Part shown: positions 12,573 to 26,599 of the stretch, piece by piece
How positions within the stretch are numbered: the first letter of the stretch is position 1
Layout of the letters: each line of letters starts with the position of its first letter
Source: Vicugna vicugna
Taxonomy: Eukaryota
Assembly: GCA_013265495.1 (NCBI GenBank)
Contig: MU058636.1
Span: forward strand, 7,332,295 to 7,396,294
Reading direction: 5' to 3'
DNA length: 64,000 bases
Made by a program: the position numbers and the translations under genes
The notes under the pieces: generated by a model
Told to the model about the DNA's origin: nothing
Databases searched by the model: none
Seen by the model: only the letters and a program-made list of their open reading frames with translations

Positions 12573-13561
12573 TTTTGGATCTCTTCATTAGCGATGTTTC
12601 CAATGGAATTCTTAAATTCTTCCCTGAGGGTGTTAATGAGGCCATCACCAACCACTTGCCTGGGGCCCTAAACAATGCATTTTGCACATTCCTTCCATAG
12701 GTTTGGCCAACGTGACTTAACGGTTTGGAGAGTCCCTGCATCCACTGCAGTGTAGATGTTGTGACTGGCAAGGTTGAAAGCCTTCTAACTATCTTAAAAT
12801 CACTTCAGCATCCATTGCTTTTGCCATCTCTGAAAACATGGTGACTCGAAAGACTTGAAAAGCTGGGGGTTTCTTAGTTGAGATCAGGAAAATGGAGGAG
12901 GTCATGGGGACATGGCGTTGAGAAAGAGGACTTCCGCGCTGTGCTGTGCAAATCTGAGGGCGGCAGGAGGGCTGGGGCATTGCCCATGGTCAGCTACACT
13001 CTGTCAAGTCCTCTCCCTTCCAGGTGCCCTCTGACCTCTGCAATGACACTTTTGGAACCAATCCCAAAATAATGCTACCCCAGCCATTTTAGTTCAGTGC
13101 AAGTCCCCAGGCAGGAGATTTCAGTTCTTACCTATTGAGACTGGGAATTTGCAACCCTACTCATTAAGTCAAACAGCACTGCCTCCAAACAATGCAATCA
13201 TGTGCCCTTGAGCTGCCGTGTGCTCAGGAGCCTTCTTTCTGAAAGTCTGAAATATAAATTTAGTAGGTAAGCTTGTTGTCCAACTCATCAGCATTAAAAC
13301 TTGTCTCTGAGGGCAGCCTGTATGTATTATTTCTGTGACTGTTTCCAGCTGTTTGCTCAGGAGTTGGTGCTTCTTCATTGGTCAGTGCAGCCTCACCAGT
13401 AATCTTCATCTTTCTGAAAGTGGAACAGTTACTAGAATTGAGAAGCTCCCCTTGGCTGGCTCTGAGCTTCTTCTCATCAGAAACCTGTGTGGCTTCAATG
13501 GGAGGTTTGAACAAATCACAGATCCTGAGGGCCTCCCCCAGCCCCCCACCACTCTGTCTCT

Positions 13562-14126
13562 TGTGGATGGATGTGTGCTTGGTCCACACGGAATATAAAA
13601 ACTGATGATGGCTGGACCACGTAGAAAAACAGAAGTCTGAGCCACAGCCTGCAGCTACCTGCCCAGGAAACTAACCCTTCACCTACAATAACCAGTCAGG
13701 AAGCTGCCCTGCTATAGGTATAGTCTCAATAGGTAAGAGCAGACTTGCAGGAATAAGAGTGCCATCTCTGCAATAATCCAAGAAGCTAAACAGTAACCCC
13801 TGTAACAATCAGCTCAGAACAGCCAAGACTTGATTAATAACCGACAACTTCCCTAAGTTTCATCCCTGCTTCCAACTTAGGACCAACCAGAGAAAGCCAA
13901 ATAGGCACCCTAACCAATCAAATAGACCACCTCCAGCTTCTCCAGGCCAGCAGTCAGGACATGTCTGAAGCCTTCCTTTTTCCCACTGTACAGCTTTCCC
14001 ACTCCTCTGCCTGCCTCTGGGTCTCTGCCAAAACTCAAATGATGGTGGCTGACTCTTTTGCTTTTGCAAGTTCACGATAAATAGCCTTCACTTATTCTCA
14101 CTGGTTGGTCTTTGTTTATTCCTGCA
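13562..14126 (+). mobile_element. Solo LTR, ERV1-like (MER89/MER90/MER110-like)
   Basis: TG...CA termini; interior cctgcagctacctgcccaggaaac and aggaccaaccagagaaagccaaat...ctaaccaatca (CCAAT); degenerate polyA signal gataaa near 14077. No TSD recognisable. Confidence 0.65.
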
Positions 14127-14341
14127 GCATGCACGTGTCTCCCTCTTAGCTGATCATAAAATGAAATGGCTAACTTGGCTTGAGCAGCAGGTTGTATGAA
14201 ACAGGCTCACCTTTCCCCATTAGAGTTATGACACATCCGCGGGGAGAGAAGGCTGCCTGAGGAACACCTCCATGCTCACTGCGGGGCAGAAGGGTGGACA
14301 TCACCTCAATTTCACTTTCTTTTTTTTTCCCCCAAAGTGCA

Positions 14342-14771
14342 TGTATTAATTTCCTGTGGCTGCCAAAAAAAAATTACCACAAATGTGGTGGCTCACAATG
14401 ACTAAAACGTATTTATTTGCTCACAGTTCTAGGGGCCAGAAATCCAAAATCAAGAAAAGTCCCTTTGAAGGCTCTAGAGAAGAATCTATTTCTCTCTTCT
14501 TCCAGCTTCTGGTGGTTCCAGGTATTCCTTGGCTTGTGGCCACATTACCAAGATCTCTGCCTCCATCTTCACAGGGACTTCCCCTCTGTGCCTCTGTGTT
14601 ATATTCTTCTGCCTCCTTCTTGGGTGGAAATTTGATGGCAAGATTTGATGCATGATCCAAGGTCATCCCCACATCTCCAGATCATTCACTTAATTATATC
14701 TGCAAAGATGCTCCTTCCAAGTAAAGTAACATGTACAAGTTGACATCTTAGGTGGCCATTCAACCTACTAC
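14342..14771 (-). mobile_element. MaLR solo LTR (MLT1C/D-like)
   Basis: tgtattaatttcctgtggctgcc...attaccacaaa...ctcacagttctaggggccagaaatccaaaatcaag...atctgcaaaga...attcaacctacta is the reverse-orientation MLT1 pattern. Confidence 0.85.
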
Positions 14772-14834
14772 GGCCTGTGCGATGCAAGTTTAGGACAAGC
14801 CTTTCTTGAAAAATTTCGTCGGGGTTCTGTTGTT

Positions 14835-15660
14835 ACCCTCCTGCTTAAAACCCTTCTGTGACTCCCTGCTGCTCTTTGAGAACATCCTTAGCACAGCCTG
14901 TAAGGCCTGTGCCCACCTCCGCTCCGCTCTCGTCCTTCTTTTAGGCACATTATTTTAACTTCTTACAAACTCGACGTATCTTCCTGCCTCTGGGCTTTAG
15001 AACATTGATTTCCCTGCAGAAGGAACAATTCTGCCCTGTGCTGACTTCTGCTCATTCTTCCCTGCTCAGCTTAAATTTATTCATTTGGCAAATATTTACC
15101 AAGTCCCTGCTGTTTAGGAGCCAGGATGTAGCAGTAAATCGAGAGACAGGGTCCCTGCTTTGATGGAATTTCTACTGTGGAAGATGAAATGGGTCTTAAA
15201 AAACAAGAACAAGACCTGATTTTATCAGCGCTTCACTGAGGAGAGAAAGGAGGATGTGAGAGTGGGTGGCCAAGTGAGTGGTTTCTCTATAGTGCTGGTC
15301 AGGGAAGGTCTCCGGGAGTAAAGGACACTGACGGTGAGCTCTGAACACTGGGAGGAGCTGGCCATGGGCAGATTAGAGAAAAGAGGGTGGCAGGAGCCAG
15401 CTCAAGTCAGGACTGGGAAGACCAGATGAGGGGTTTGGGTCTTACTCTAAGCAAGATGGGAAGTTACAGAAGGGTTTCAGCAGTCACGGACGTGTTCTGA
15501 TTCATGAGATTGAAAAATCACCCCGGGGCTGATCTAGGTGAGAAAAGATGGTGGCTTGGACCAGGATGGAGGTAGCAGAAATGGATGGAAGAGAACGACT
15601 TGAGATACCATGTGGAGGTAGAGCCCACAAAGCTTGAGGATGGGCTGGGTGGGGTTGGGG
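14835..15660. mobile_element. Two abutting LINE-2 fragments in opposite orientation (+ to about 15075, then -)
   Basis: Plus-strand L2: ctcctgcttaaaacccttctgtgactccc...ctcagcttaaat. Reverse L2: ttattcatttggcaaatatttacc...ggtcagggaagg...gatggtggcttggaccagg. Confidence 0.7.
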
Positions 15661-16779
15661 GCGGGTGGCCAGGACAGTCCCAGCTTACATGAGCTTTGTC
15701 AGCTGTACTTCTGAGACCTGCTCAGTGGTCTGCACAAGGCAGCAGCTTCATGTGCCTAAGGTAGGAGAGACCAAGAGTTTACCAAGGACTGTGGTCTTCC
15801 TTCAGGAAAAAGGACAGACTTTCCCACTCTTTAAAAATGCAGAATCCTTGTTCTTCTTTCTAACAACTGAATTAGAATCAGTGGAGGTAGAACCTGAAGC
15901 ATTAAAGCAAACAAAAAAAATCCCCAGGTGATCCCAGTGGTGTGGGTCCACAGAAACTTTTTGCCATTCTCTGGTATATAGGTAAGAAAATTACTAACAG
16001 AAATCCAGCAGCTAAGAATTTGAAGTAATTGTGCAATGTGACATTTGGAACAAAGCATTACACTAACCGTATAAGGAGATAGATTAGCAAGACAAATCAG
16101 TCTTGAAAAGACAACAAATATCTGTCCAACTTAGGTTTAGTCCCAACTCAAATTTTCAGAAACAACAAACTGTCATCCTGAGACCCAGCAGAAAGCTGAC
16201 TTTGGAAAAAGAATGAGTTCACCCATGACCACCTGGTTTCCATTAGCTACAAGATGGAAAGGTCTAAAAGGTAGATCAGAAATAAGAAATAGGTAAATTA
16301 CACCAAAACTGAAAGCGAAAAAATGGGTACAAATTTTTCTTAAAGAAAAGAAAAAGAAACAAAAGAAACCAAAAAAACAAGAGCATGGAAGTGTGAACTG
16401 AAATAAAATTCGATCACTCTCTCCTTGCATAAGGCTTCTTTTATGCCTGATTTTATCCCACTCCTGCAGAAACAAAGACAAATGTACATCTTTGGTCTGT
16501 GGGTCCAGCTCAGGCCCAAGTGGTTCAGGGGTCAGGAGGTCTCACTGGGAAAGGTGTGTGGCATTTCTGGGCAGCATGCAGTGATGGCAGTTGGGAATAC
16601 CAGGTTTGTCATTCACAAAGGGGAAAGTTTTATTTTGAATTATCTTGGGCCCCCTCAATGAAGTTAGGACAAGTCACAGCTTAGAGGACAATGGGGTCCA
16701 CTCTTCTCCCATTAAAACTAAGTCACAGGCTCTATGCTGCCCAATGCATTGGACCATTTTGCTTAGGGAAATTCTCTAG

Positions 16780-17395
16780 CATCTTGCACTAATGTGGTCC
16801 ATGGGCCGGCAACCTCAGCGTCACCTGGGAGCTTGTAGAATCTCAGGTCCCATCCCAGACCCACTGAGTCAGAATGTGTGTTTTACCAGAATTCTTAGGG
16901 ATCTGTACTCACATTAAAGCCTGAGAAGAACTGCTCTAGAACAACGGAGGGAGGACTTTAGATCGCGAGTTCTAATCTAAGAGTGTGTGCGAAACACAAC
17001 AGGTCCTTGGGCCCAGTCCCCAGAGATTCTGATCCCAAAGGCCAGGCACCTGCATTCTGAACAAGCTCCTCAGCTGACTGCGATAATCAGCTGACACTCG
17101 AGGGGTAATTTAAGAAATGGTGCCACAAATGGTAATGAATAGGAATTAATAACTCTAGAAAGGAATCAAATAACAGACATAACCCAACATCCTCTTTAGA
17201 GGGCAACATCTTATGGAAGTGTCTCTAGCCTTCCCTGTGATAAGAATCACCTGGGGATTACTGCTGAAGATTCAATTTTCCAAACCCCTTCCCCAGATGT
17301 TTTGAAGCAGTGGGTCTGGGATGAGAGTCAGGGAAAGTACACTTTTTAATAAGTCCCCTGGGTGATTCTTAGAATTAAAGAGGTTTAGGAAAATA
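16780..17395. mobile_element. Cluster of about three MER5-type hAT MITEs
   Basis: 16780-16933: tcacctgggagcttgtagaatctcagg...gagaagaactg flanked by ctctag. About 16970-17100: ccccagagattctgat...ctgcattctgaacaagctcc. About 17240-17395: agaatcacctgggg...tttttaataagtcccctgggtgattct. Confidence 0.7.
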
Positions 17396-20300
17396 TCCAT
17401 GGTACAGTCCAGAAGGGCACTGTTTGAGGTGGGCCTGTCCTGGCCAGCTCATCACCTGCCGAGTAAAGCAGAAGGACTAGGTTCTTGGTGGGGGAGGGGC
17501 TTATGTATAAAAGAAGTTTCCAGAAAGTCATATACCATCATCCAAATGTCCTGTGAAGTGGCTATCAAGCCTGATGGGAACAGAGGTTTTCCACCCGGAA
17601 GGGGTTCCTGCATTTGAGGAATAATCAGCTGAGCCTCACCCTGAGAAAAGACACCCAAACCTGCGTCGATATGGGGTAAATGAGGTTTGGGGGGGGTCAC
17701 TGCTTTCATGTCTGGAGGTAAAGACGAGATTTGGGAAGCTAATTTTCTAACCAAAATTATTGTTGAGCCGGCACCGTCATCTCACAGAAGAAAAAATTAA
17801 AATTCAACAGGGAAACCAAAGAGAACAAATTCTAGGACCAGGAACACACACTCAGACTCTGATGCAGAAGAAAGCAATCAGACAGAATGACTGCCATGAT
17901 AAGTGACAAGCTGCAGTCACATGGTTAGAAAGGGACTGAGTGACACTCAAGAATAATGACAAAAATCTACTTCTGGGCAAAGTCTCTCTGGAGTAGAATT
18001 TTAATTTAGCGGCTTTGCCTTTAAGGACTAGGGACAATCATGGCACTTGACAAAACTCGGCTGCTTCAGAGAAGAAACAAGTAACACCAAATGTGTGCAT
18101 TTGGCAGAACACACACAAAAAAATCAGGACTTGAACTAGGCATACCCTACCTAAACCCTTCAAATTCGTATTTTTAAATATATAATTCAGGCTGCTGGTT
18201 TGTGACACCTTCGTCTCAGAATTAAAATGGTCAGAGCCTGCGAACGCAAAAGTAATGACAGTAATGATTCCACAGTCTGAAGAAGTAAAACTCTGGAAAT
18301 GTTTTGTGATTGTTTTTCCATCATAATTATCATGGAGAGAGTATACAGGTGTTCTGTGCCAAAAATAATCGTACCGCCCAAAGGAGAAAGCTAACATTGT
18401 AGCAGAAATTCCCTTAGACACAAAGGAAAGCTGCTAGATCGTAAAGGCTGAATTAGGTTCTTAAGAAAGCTCTCATTTCTTTCCAAGAAGATACTTAAAA
18501 GTATGGCAGCCAATCATTTTCCCACAACACTTTACTTATTGTTCTAAATACCAGCAGGCTTTAGAAATAATGACTTCTCAGGGTATTACAGAAGTACCCA
18601 CCCTGAAGAAACAAAAGCTCTCAGTAGCAGGCCCCCACTGGTGCCACACGAGCAATGCTTCTTTTCTAAGAGTGTTCTAAGAATGCCCCCAGGGAGATCC
18701 GCTGGAGAAATTAAATTAAGCGCTGCATATAAACTCGTTTTCCTGGAATCAGTTATGCTGATGGGTTTCTAGGGTACTCTTTGAAGACAGCCACACGAGA
18801 GAGCCCAAGACACAGGGATGAAATAAATGCTTTCCTTCCTTTAATAATCAGTACAGAAAGCAGACAATGCCCACAACAGGACAGCTTTTACAGTCTGTCA
18901 ACAGCTTTCCAGAATGTTCCACTGCTCCAGGGAAAACAGCTAGTCAGGTTATTTCCCTTAAAGATTAAAGCCCAGAGACAGAGTTTCACGAGTTTAATAT
19001 AAATGAGATACATTTCTAGATGCTGTACTTTCTAGGATCATTAACACAGTCTAAATAAACTCCTCCAGGGCCACGCCCCCTTCAGTCCTCCTGCCAACCT
19101 TGCTGAGAAGGCAACAGTGTCCCCAGCTGGATGGCATCTCCCCAGATATCAGCTTGCAATACAACTGGAAAGAAGAAATGTTCTGAGTTGCTTACATTTT
19201 TTGACAAAGTGAAGAGTTCACCTCAGTGGATAAATCCTGCTGTTGTACAGTTGACAATCACTGGGGCAACACACTTGCCAAATACAGCTAATAATGCTAC
19301 ATGGTAAAGGCTTGGGGGAAATTACAGGTTGTCAAGTGCCACAGGTGAGCTGTGTGAGTGAGCAAGGAGGTGACATGAACACTGGAAAATGGCGGAACTA
19401 ATCTGAAATGGGCATTCGTGGTCAATATCCCAGCTGCTGCAGGACCTGCACGTCTAAGCAGCTCAGATGGGTCTTTGAGTTCACGGTGAAACAGTTAAAA
19501 CAGTGCCCAACCAGACAAGATACCTGCCATTGTTTTTCTGACCCTTTGGATTTCTAGCCACATGACCTGGGTTGCTCACGGATCACGAAGGATGCTGTGT
19601 TCACTTCTCAACCCTCTCCTTTCACCTTGTTTCACAGGAGTCAGTTTCCACGGAGAAGAAATTATGCAGGAGAATTAAAAAAAAACAAAAAGGAATCCGG
19701 GAAGAGCAGCCATTAAAATCGGTTTTAAACCAAAGTTCCCAGTCACTAACTCTGAAAACCTAAGGAAGATCATCATTGAGGAACTGATCTCAATGAGCAC
19801 AACTTAATCCCTTATGTCTTGTAGCTGAGTTATTTGTTAAGGACAGAGTTATGTCAATACAAATAGGAAAGAGATGTATTTTCAGAGGAGAGTATGTCCA
19901 CACATAGAGAACATAAAGTTATGAATGAAAAAGCTTTCCTGGACCAAACACATTTCTAAACAATTTCTTCCTTCTAAATTCTTTCACATTCATGCCACGT
20001 GAAGGAGACATTTTAAGAGTGAGTTAATTCTTGTAGGTAATTCTCTGTATCCTTCTCTGAAAACTTAAGATTTCCTGTCCTCCTTTTTGCCAAAAAGTGT
20101 CATATTTATTTTCCTGTTTCTCATGTTTCCTTGTTACTTGACTTTCCTTTTAATGAGAAGTATTCTTTGACATCAACTGCCTAATAAAATCTTTGGTTGT
20201 ATAGTTTAATTTTAAAGTACCTTCTTTATGAGCCATTTATCTATTTTCCCTTCGATTCCAAGTGACAGACATTAAATTACATCTCTGGGTAGATGTGATT

Positions 20301-21699
20301 AATCTTCTATTCCAAAGTGAAGAAAAGAAGAAAAAGGTTAGGAACGTTTAAAGCCTCTTTTCTTTTCTTTTTTATTAGGAGAAGGCAGACTATAGGTTGA
20401 AAACGTGATTTATTCCCCCTAAATCTATTTGAAGATCACCTTTAAAACAAGGGGTCAAATGTGGCTTGAAATGAATTCCCTGTGCAGTACTTATGTAAGT
20501 CCCTGGGTTATAGTATTTCAAGGCTAATAAATATTGTAGTCATATGAAGGCAGCCATCTAATTTGACAGTATATAGGATTTTAGAGGGATTGTGGTCTTT
20601 CAAGGAAAAGGATCTGGTTAGAAGGGAGACATTACAGTTGACTTGCCGGAGAGCTGCCTGAAATCAGATGATAATTCTATTTGCATTTGGCCTTCAGCCA
20701 TCAAACAAATAAGTCATTATTGCAATCCACAAGGTAGTTATCTCTGGCCAAACAGTTCACTAAATCACTTTAGTAGATAACTTGCTTTTTGTGGCTAGAC
20801 TTATCGTCTTCAAATATTTACCCAGTAAATTTCTATGGTGAGCTAAGGAAAACTTGTATTTTTATAGTAAATTTGGCTCTTTATTTCCAAAACAAAGAGG
20901 CAAGTGTTAAACCACGTTTAAGGACATTTGATTTTTCCTAGAGATTTTTTTTCCCCTTTTTGAAAATATTAGCAGAAATGTACTTAAATAATTTTTTAAA
21001 AGTTGTTCTTGTTACAAAACAGACAAGCAATCTTTTTCTCCCCATCCTTCCAGGCACATCATGTACCTGATAAAAATTAAAGAAACTTAAAACATCAATT
21101 AGGCTAAGAGAGATGATATGGAACACGATGGATGGTCTCTTAGCAACCACAGGATTACAAGCGAGGTCTCTGGGCCCCACTGAATGGAGAAAACGTGTTT
21201 ATACTAAAAATTTCAAAATTTAATGCATAATTTCCCAGTTTTTCTTTGAAAATAATCTACGAAAAATATTTTATAATGGATTTAATATTTTTATAAAGGT
21301 GACATAACCATCATAAAAATTCAAACAGTGCAAAAATAGTAAAAGAAAGCAATAGATCATCCCAAATTGGGAGTTAGGAGCTATGCCATAATTAGAATTC
21401 TCTATGTCTTTCCTTGTCAATCACTTTTTAAAGTTTATGAACTTAAGTTGTTCCTCTGACTTTGGATGCAGCCAACGATTTATTGATTCAAAAATTTTTT
21501 TCTCTTAATTATTTAAATTCATTTTTCTTAACTTTATTAGGACTAGAGAAGAAAACAGTCCATGATTTTGAGTCATTCTCTCATTTTTTTTTAAGATTCA
21601 GTGATATACATTATTTTTTAATATACATTATTTTTTAAGAAGGAATTTGGCTTCTGATTGTCCATCCAATCCTCATTTATAACATTTTTATTTCAACAG

Positions 21700-22420
21700 A
21701 CCTCTTACCTCCTTCATTACCGGTTGATCTAATTCTTATTAGTGACACCACAGTATCCCATTAAATGAATATATTTTAATTTATTTAGCTAGACGTCTGT
21801 TGATAGTTTTACTTTTTTTCTCTAGATTTTTGTGGTTACAAACAAACTGCAATAAACTTTATACATATACTTCTGTATGCTTGTGCAGAATTTTTTCTAG
21901 CAACACAGTTGCTGGATCAATGATCAAAGACAGATGTGCCTTTAAAATTTTTACAGATTGGTGCCATTTGGCTCTCTCTACATTTTTTTCAACTTTGTAT
22001 GAGAGCACATTTCTTCATCCTTTCACAACACTTTCTTTACCTGTTAAGCAAAAATGAGATTTCACTGTTGTGTTAACAACTTACATTTTGTTACTATTTA
22101 GTGAACTGAAAGCTTTTTCCCCATATATTTATAAGTCATTGGATTTTCTCTCATGTAAACTGCCTGTCCATATCCTTCACCCATTTTTCTGGTGTTTGTC
22201 CTTTTCTTTACTGCTCGACAAGTATTCTTTGTGTATTACAAAATATAGTCCTTTATAGGATATGTTTTACAAACACAGTATCTTTTAATTTGTCTCCTGA
22301 CTTTAAATTTTTATAGTGTTTTGCCATAAAGAATTAGTTGTTTTGCATTCTAATTATCGGCCAGCCTTTCCTTTCATAGATTCTGAAATTTAATTATTAT
22401 GAAGAACCCATCCAATATGA
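21700..22420 (-). mobile_element. Old L1M (L1ME-like) fragment
   Basis: Reverse-orientation L1 ORF2/3' motifs cacagtatcccattaaatgaatat, ttgctggatcaa and ctgcctgtccatatccttcacccattttt. Heavily degenerate. Confidence 0.65.
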
Positions 22421-22810
22421 TATTTAAACAAAAGGTCACAAAGTGTTTTCAAGGAATGTTTTCATTAGGTAGGTGACATTATAGGTTCTGCAAATGACCA
22501 GGAATGTACATGGTTTAAGCAGACTGTACAGTGGAGTTCTGTCTCAAGGAAATAGCACAAAATACTGAATTTCATAAATTTTTTAAAAAATTAATTGAAA
22601 TGTTTACAAAAAGCCAAATTGGATTTTATATACATATATATTTTTAAACTTTCAACCTTTCAAGTTACTGTTTCCTTGTAAGAGCTGTAACAATCATAAT
22701 TGCTTTAACCCCAATTATAACATTACTTTTGTAAAACAAAAGTTCTACCTTATATATTTAGGTTTATAAATACTGGATTTTTTTCTTTCTGTTTGAATAA
22801 AAATGAGCTG

Positions 22811-22980
22811 TGGGGCGGTTAAAGGGTATGGAGTTTATTTCTGGGGTGATGAAAATGTTCTAAACTTGATTGTAGCCATGGTTGCATAATTCTGTAAATA
22901 TGCTAAAAACCACTGAATTGTACACTTTAAGTGGGTGAATTGTATGGTCTATGAATATCTCAATGAAGCTGCTAAAAAAT
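22811..22980 (+). mobile_element. L1MB/L1ME-type 3' end
   Basis: tttctggggtgatgaaaatgttctaaacttgattgt...ctaaaaaccactgaattgtacactttaagtgggtgaattgtatgg...tctcaatgaagctg. Confidence 0.85.
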
Positions 22981-24874
22981 TAAATGTGGTGAGTTTTGAG
23001 TAGAGCTGGGTACAAAGTAAATTACCGTGGTTTGTTACCACACGTCCCAGCCCATCGTCTGAAGCAGCTAGGACGCAGCTTCACTGGGAAACTGGTTTTC
23101 AGTGAGCTCACCTTTGAAGAGCCCCTCCCTCTGTGTTCTGTCTTCATCTGCCCTCTCCCCCTTTTCACATTCTCACAATTGAGGTAGGAGCCAGGGCAGA
23201 TGGATGGGCATTTTCCCACCCTTCTCCCCTATGTTTTGTTATTCTTCTAGGATTGGGATTATATCATTTTACCTCAATGTAGATGCTCTAGAACATAACA
23301 TGCCACAGTGTGGATTTCAGCAGAAGGTAACTCACCTTGGACGATTCAAGAAAATTTAGCTTGACTGGTACCAGCTGGGGCACATCAGAAGGGACTTTCA
23401 TGCTCTAATGTGCCCTCATTTGACTGAAAGGAATGTGACCCAACACGTGACACGCTCACTATTTCTTTTGCCTCTCTCCTTAAATACCTACAACGATTAT
23501 TCAGTGGTAGACTTTTTTGCTTTTTACATTTTCATTCTCTAAGAGCTTTCATTAAAATACAACACAAAGAATAAAACTACAGGCATTAGTACATTATTTC
23601 TAGCAGCTTTAGATGACTGTTACCTTCATCATTAAATTCTTAACCCCCAGAGTATGAGTCAAAATCAAGGTAAATGGCCTTTCTCTCATTGCACAAATCT
23701 GCAATGAGTCAGTGATGAGCAAACATCTCTAAAACTAATTTAATTCAGCAGAATCATCCTTAACACACACAACTGGGGAAACATTGTCAAGTTATTTGTT
23801 CCCATTTGCTAATACATTTGTGGGATGTTCTTATGCCTTAGACTTTGGAAAATGTTAGACAGATACTAGTATCTAATAAAAAGTGATCAGACAATTAAGC
23901 AAATCATATCAAATATTCTGGAAACCCCACAAAGGGTCCCAGATACAGTTTGTGTCCTTAACGAGTTCACAGTCCATGACAATGGCTTTGGTCCAGCTGC
24001 GCTGTATAAAGGTGCTCTCCTATGGTAAAGGGGCGGTCAACTGTTTTACTAACACGGCAGTTTCTGCTTCAGTCACATCTCATTTCCATGGCCCATACCT
24101 GTGACACTGTCTGGGAGCCACTTCTGCTAAACACCTCAGGATCTTTACCTGTTTATCTGGAGATTTTAGCATATGGTAAATAGCTGTGGATGATTCAAGA
24201 AAATTTTTTCTTGGCTGGAAAGATAAATGGAGAGCTCCTGATATCTTAGAAGAAGAAAGAAGCATAACTAACATATGCTCAGACAGGAAAGTGTATGGAC
24301 TCAGCTCCGTCCATAGCAACACACAATTCATTTTCCACGGCGTAACAGGGGAACTTTGTTCTCAGATGGAAAGCTGTGCCTGGACACATGGGATGAGCCC
24401 AGGAGTACTTGAATTATGCGTACTGAATGACTGAAATGAGACTTAAAACAAGGACATCAATCCCATTTTGGTAGATTCTTTCAAGGGGTCTGAACTCCTG
24501 GGGGGCACTGGGATTCCAGAAGGCAAAGAAAAAGGAGGGGAAAGGGGAAGGCAGCTTTTCCAGAAGGATATGAAACAGTCCTGCTGTTCACTCACAACCA
24601 CCACTCCAAATTCACTCATGCACTCATCCACTTGGCAAATATTTCTTGAGTATCTACTATGTGCCCGACATGGTAGATACTCAAAGATTAAAACTCCATC
24701 TCTATCCTCTACCCTTAAAGAAGGAAGGCCAACACATGAACAATGTCAATGAAGTCATCAATAGTTATAAGTCACTGAGGACTTCTTGAGTTCCAAGCAG
24801 AATGCTAACTCCTTTACAAGTGAAGTCTTATTCGAGGCTGTGTGCTGGGTCCAAGTGCAACCACTGATACAGAT

Positions 24875-24990
24875 GAAATCAAGGCTTATAACAGCAAGGG
24901 ACTTACCAAGGGCCACCCAGCCACACAGTGTCTGATCTAGGACTTGAACTTGGTGCAGTCTGAAACCAAAGCCCCAAAGTGTAGCTGTCA
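24875..24990 (-). mobile_element. MIR fragment
   Basis: acagatgaaatcaaggctta...gacttaccaagggccacccagc...ggacttgaact...cagtctga matches the MIR core. Confidence 0.6.
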
Positions 24991-26599
24991 TCCTACGCTG
25001 GAAAGGGCTCTCAGGGCAGAAAGGGAAGGCCTAGGAGCAAAGGAAGAAGGCTACTGTGCGTGGAACACTTACCTCTGCTTTACATTCTCGTCTTTGAGCT
25101 GGGCTGCCAAGTCAGAGTAAAAGTTTCCTCCAGAAAAAAGAGGAAAGACACAGAGGCACAAAAGTGCCCAGGTCAAAGTGACCGCACCACGAGGTAAGTG
25201 TTCAGGGGAGAGGTGGGCGCTTGAGAATGAAGCTGCGTAAAACCTGGCGCCACGTATCTCACACGCTCAGATTCTGCCTCTGGGATTCTTCTTGCCTCCT
25301 AAGCCTGCCGTGGGGACATGGGCACCAGGAGCCCTGAGGACGGAGAAGGCGGCCACGAAATCAGATTTGAGCTATGTTTCACCTTCATACACTCCCAGAC
25401 AACTACCCTCCTTTTCAGATATTTGGACATTGCAATGATAATGAACAAAAAGACTGATTCCAAAAGTCAATCCAATTTAAGTAACTTTGAATGCCTAGTT
25501 TTCTTCCAGGAAAGAAAACTTCAGTTGAAAATTCCTGGGATGGGTTTTTAAATATGTTGTGGTCATTCAGAATTATCCTTCCTATACCTTTATAAATATT
25601 AATGGTAGAAGACGAAGTGTGATTCGATGTTTCATGGTTCTCTGGGACAGTATTTAGTTTTAGATCAGCCCCGTTAAAGTCACCATAGAGGTGTATTTTT
25701 CTAAGCTGTATCTATTTTAAAGGGAGCGGGTCCTTAATGTACATACCATCCTTATTCCCACTTTCCTTGAGTAAATTGTCTTCCTTAAATGAAATTAGAG
25801 ATAGTAAGTCATGTCTTCACATTGATAGCATGAGGTTAGTTATCTCCACAAATTATTTTATGTCAAGATTGTGGAGAAGAACACAAAGAAAACATCTATT
25901 TTATGAGAAAATGTAACCATTTTACAGTGGTCTTTATAACTTGGTATCCACAGAGTATAGCAAAAAAATCAGGGGATTGTCTACATTGTAAAAACTTGAG
26001 GATAAATTCACTTTTAGCATAATGAATTATAGTTTTCAGTGAATGTAGAATAAGTTATTTTTAATTAAAAACAGATTATTATATCTACTACTTAAAGTTT
26101 TAAAAATAAGTCTACAATGCCACAAAAGACACTTCCAAAGCACTATTAAGATTGTAGGTCACGGTCAGTGGCTGCTTGATCTTCTCACAAATGTTTTTTT
26201 CCTAGTTCACAGAAACCTAAACCTCTCATAATAAATACTGCTCTTTCTCCTCCATAAATTAATGAGCCACATTCCATTACTTCCAAACATCCTTAAAAGA
26301 ACAGAAGCAACGTGCATTACTTTAACATCACTCAGAAAAACTTCAGGGAAGAGATGTTGAACATACATACACCAAAAAGGGAAAGAAATACTTCAAAGAT
26401 TTATTTTGAAACAGGGTAGAAAATTGATGACATTTGCTTGTAGAATACTCAAGTTTCTGAGAGACTTGGGTTAAACTACACGCAACAGTAAAGAAAGGTA
26501 AGATAAATGAAAATTTTAAAATATGCTATTAGAACCAAATAAGTAGAGGAAAAAAGTGAAGATGATCTATTTTCTTTGAAAGTATATAGAAAACAGCAA

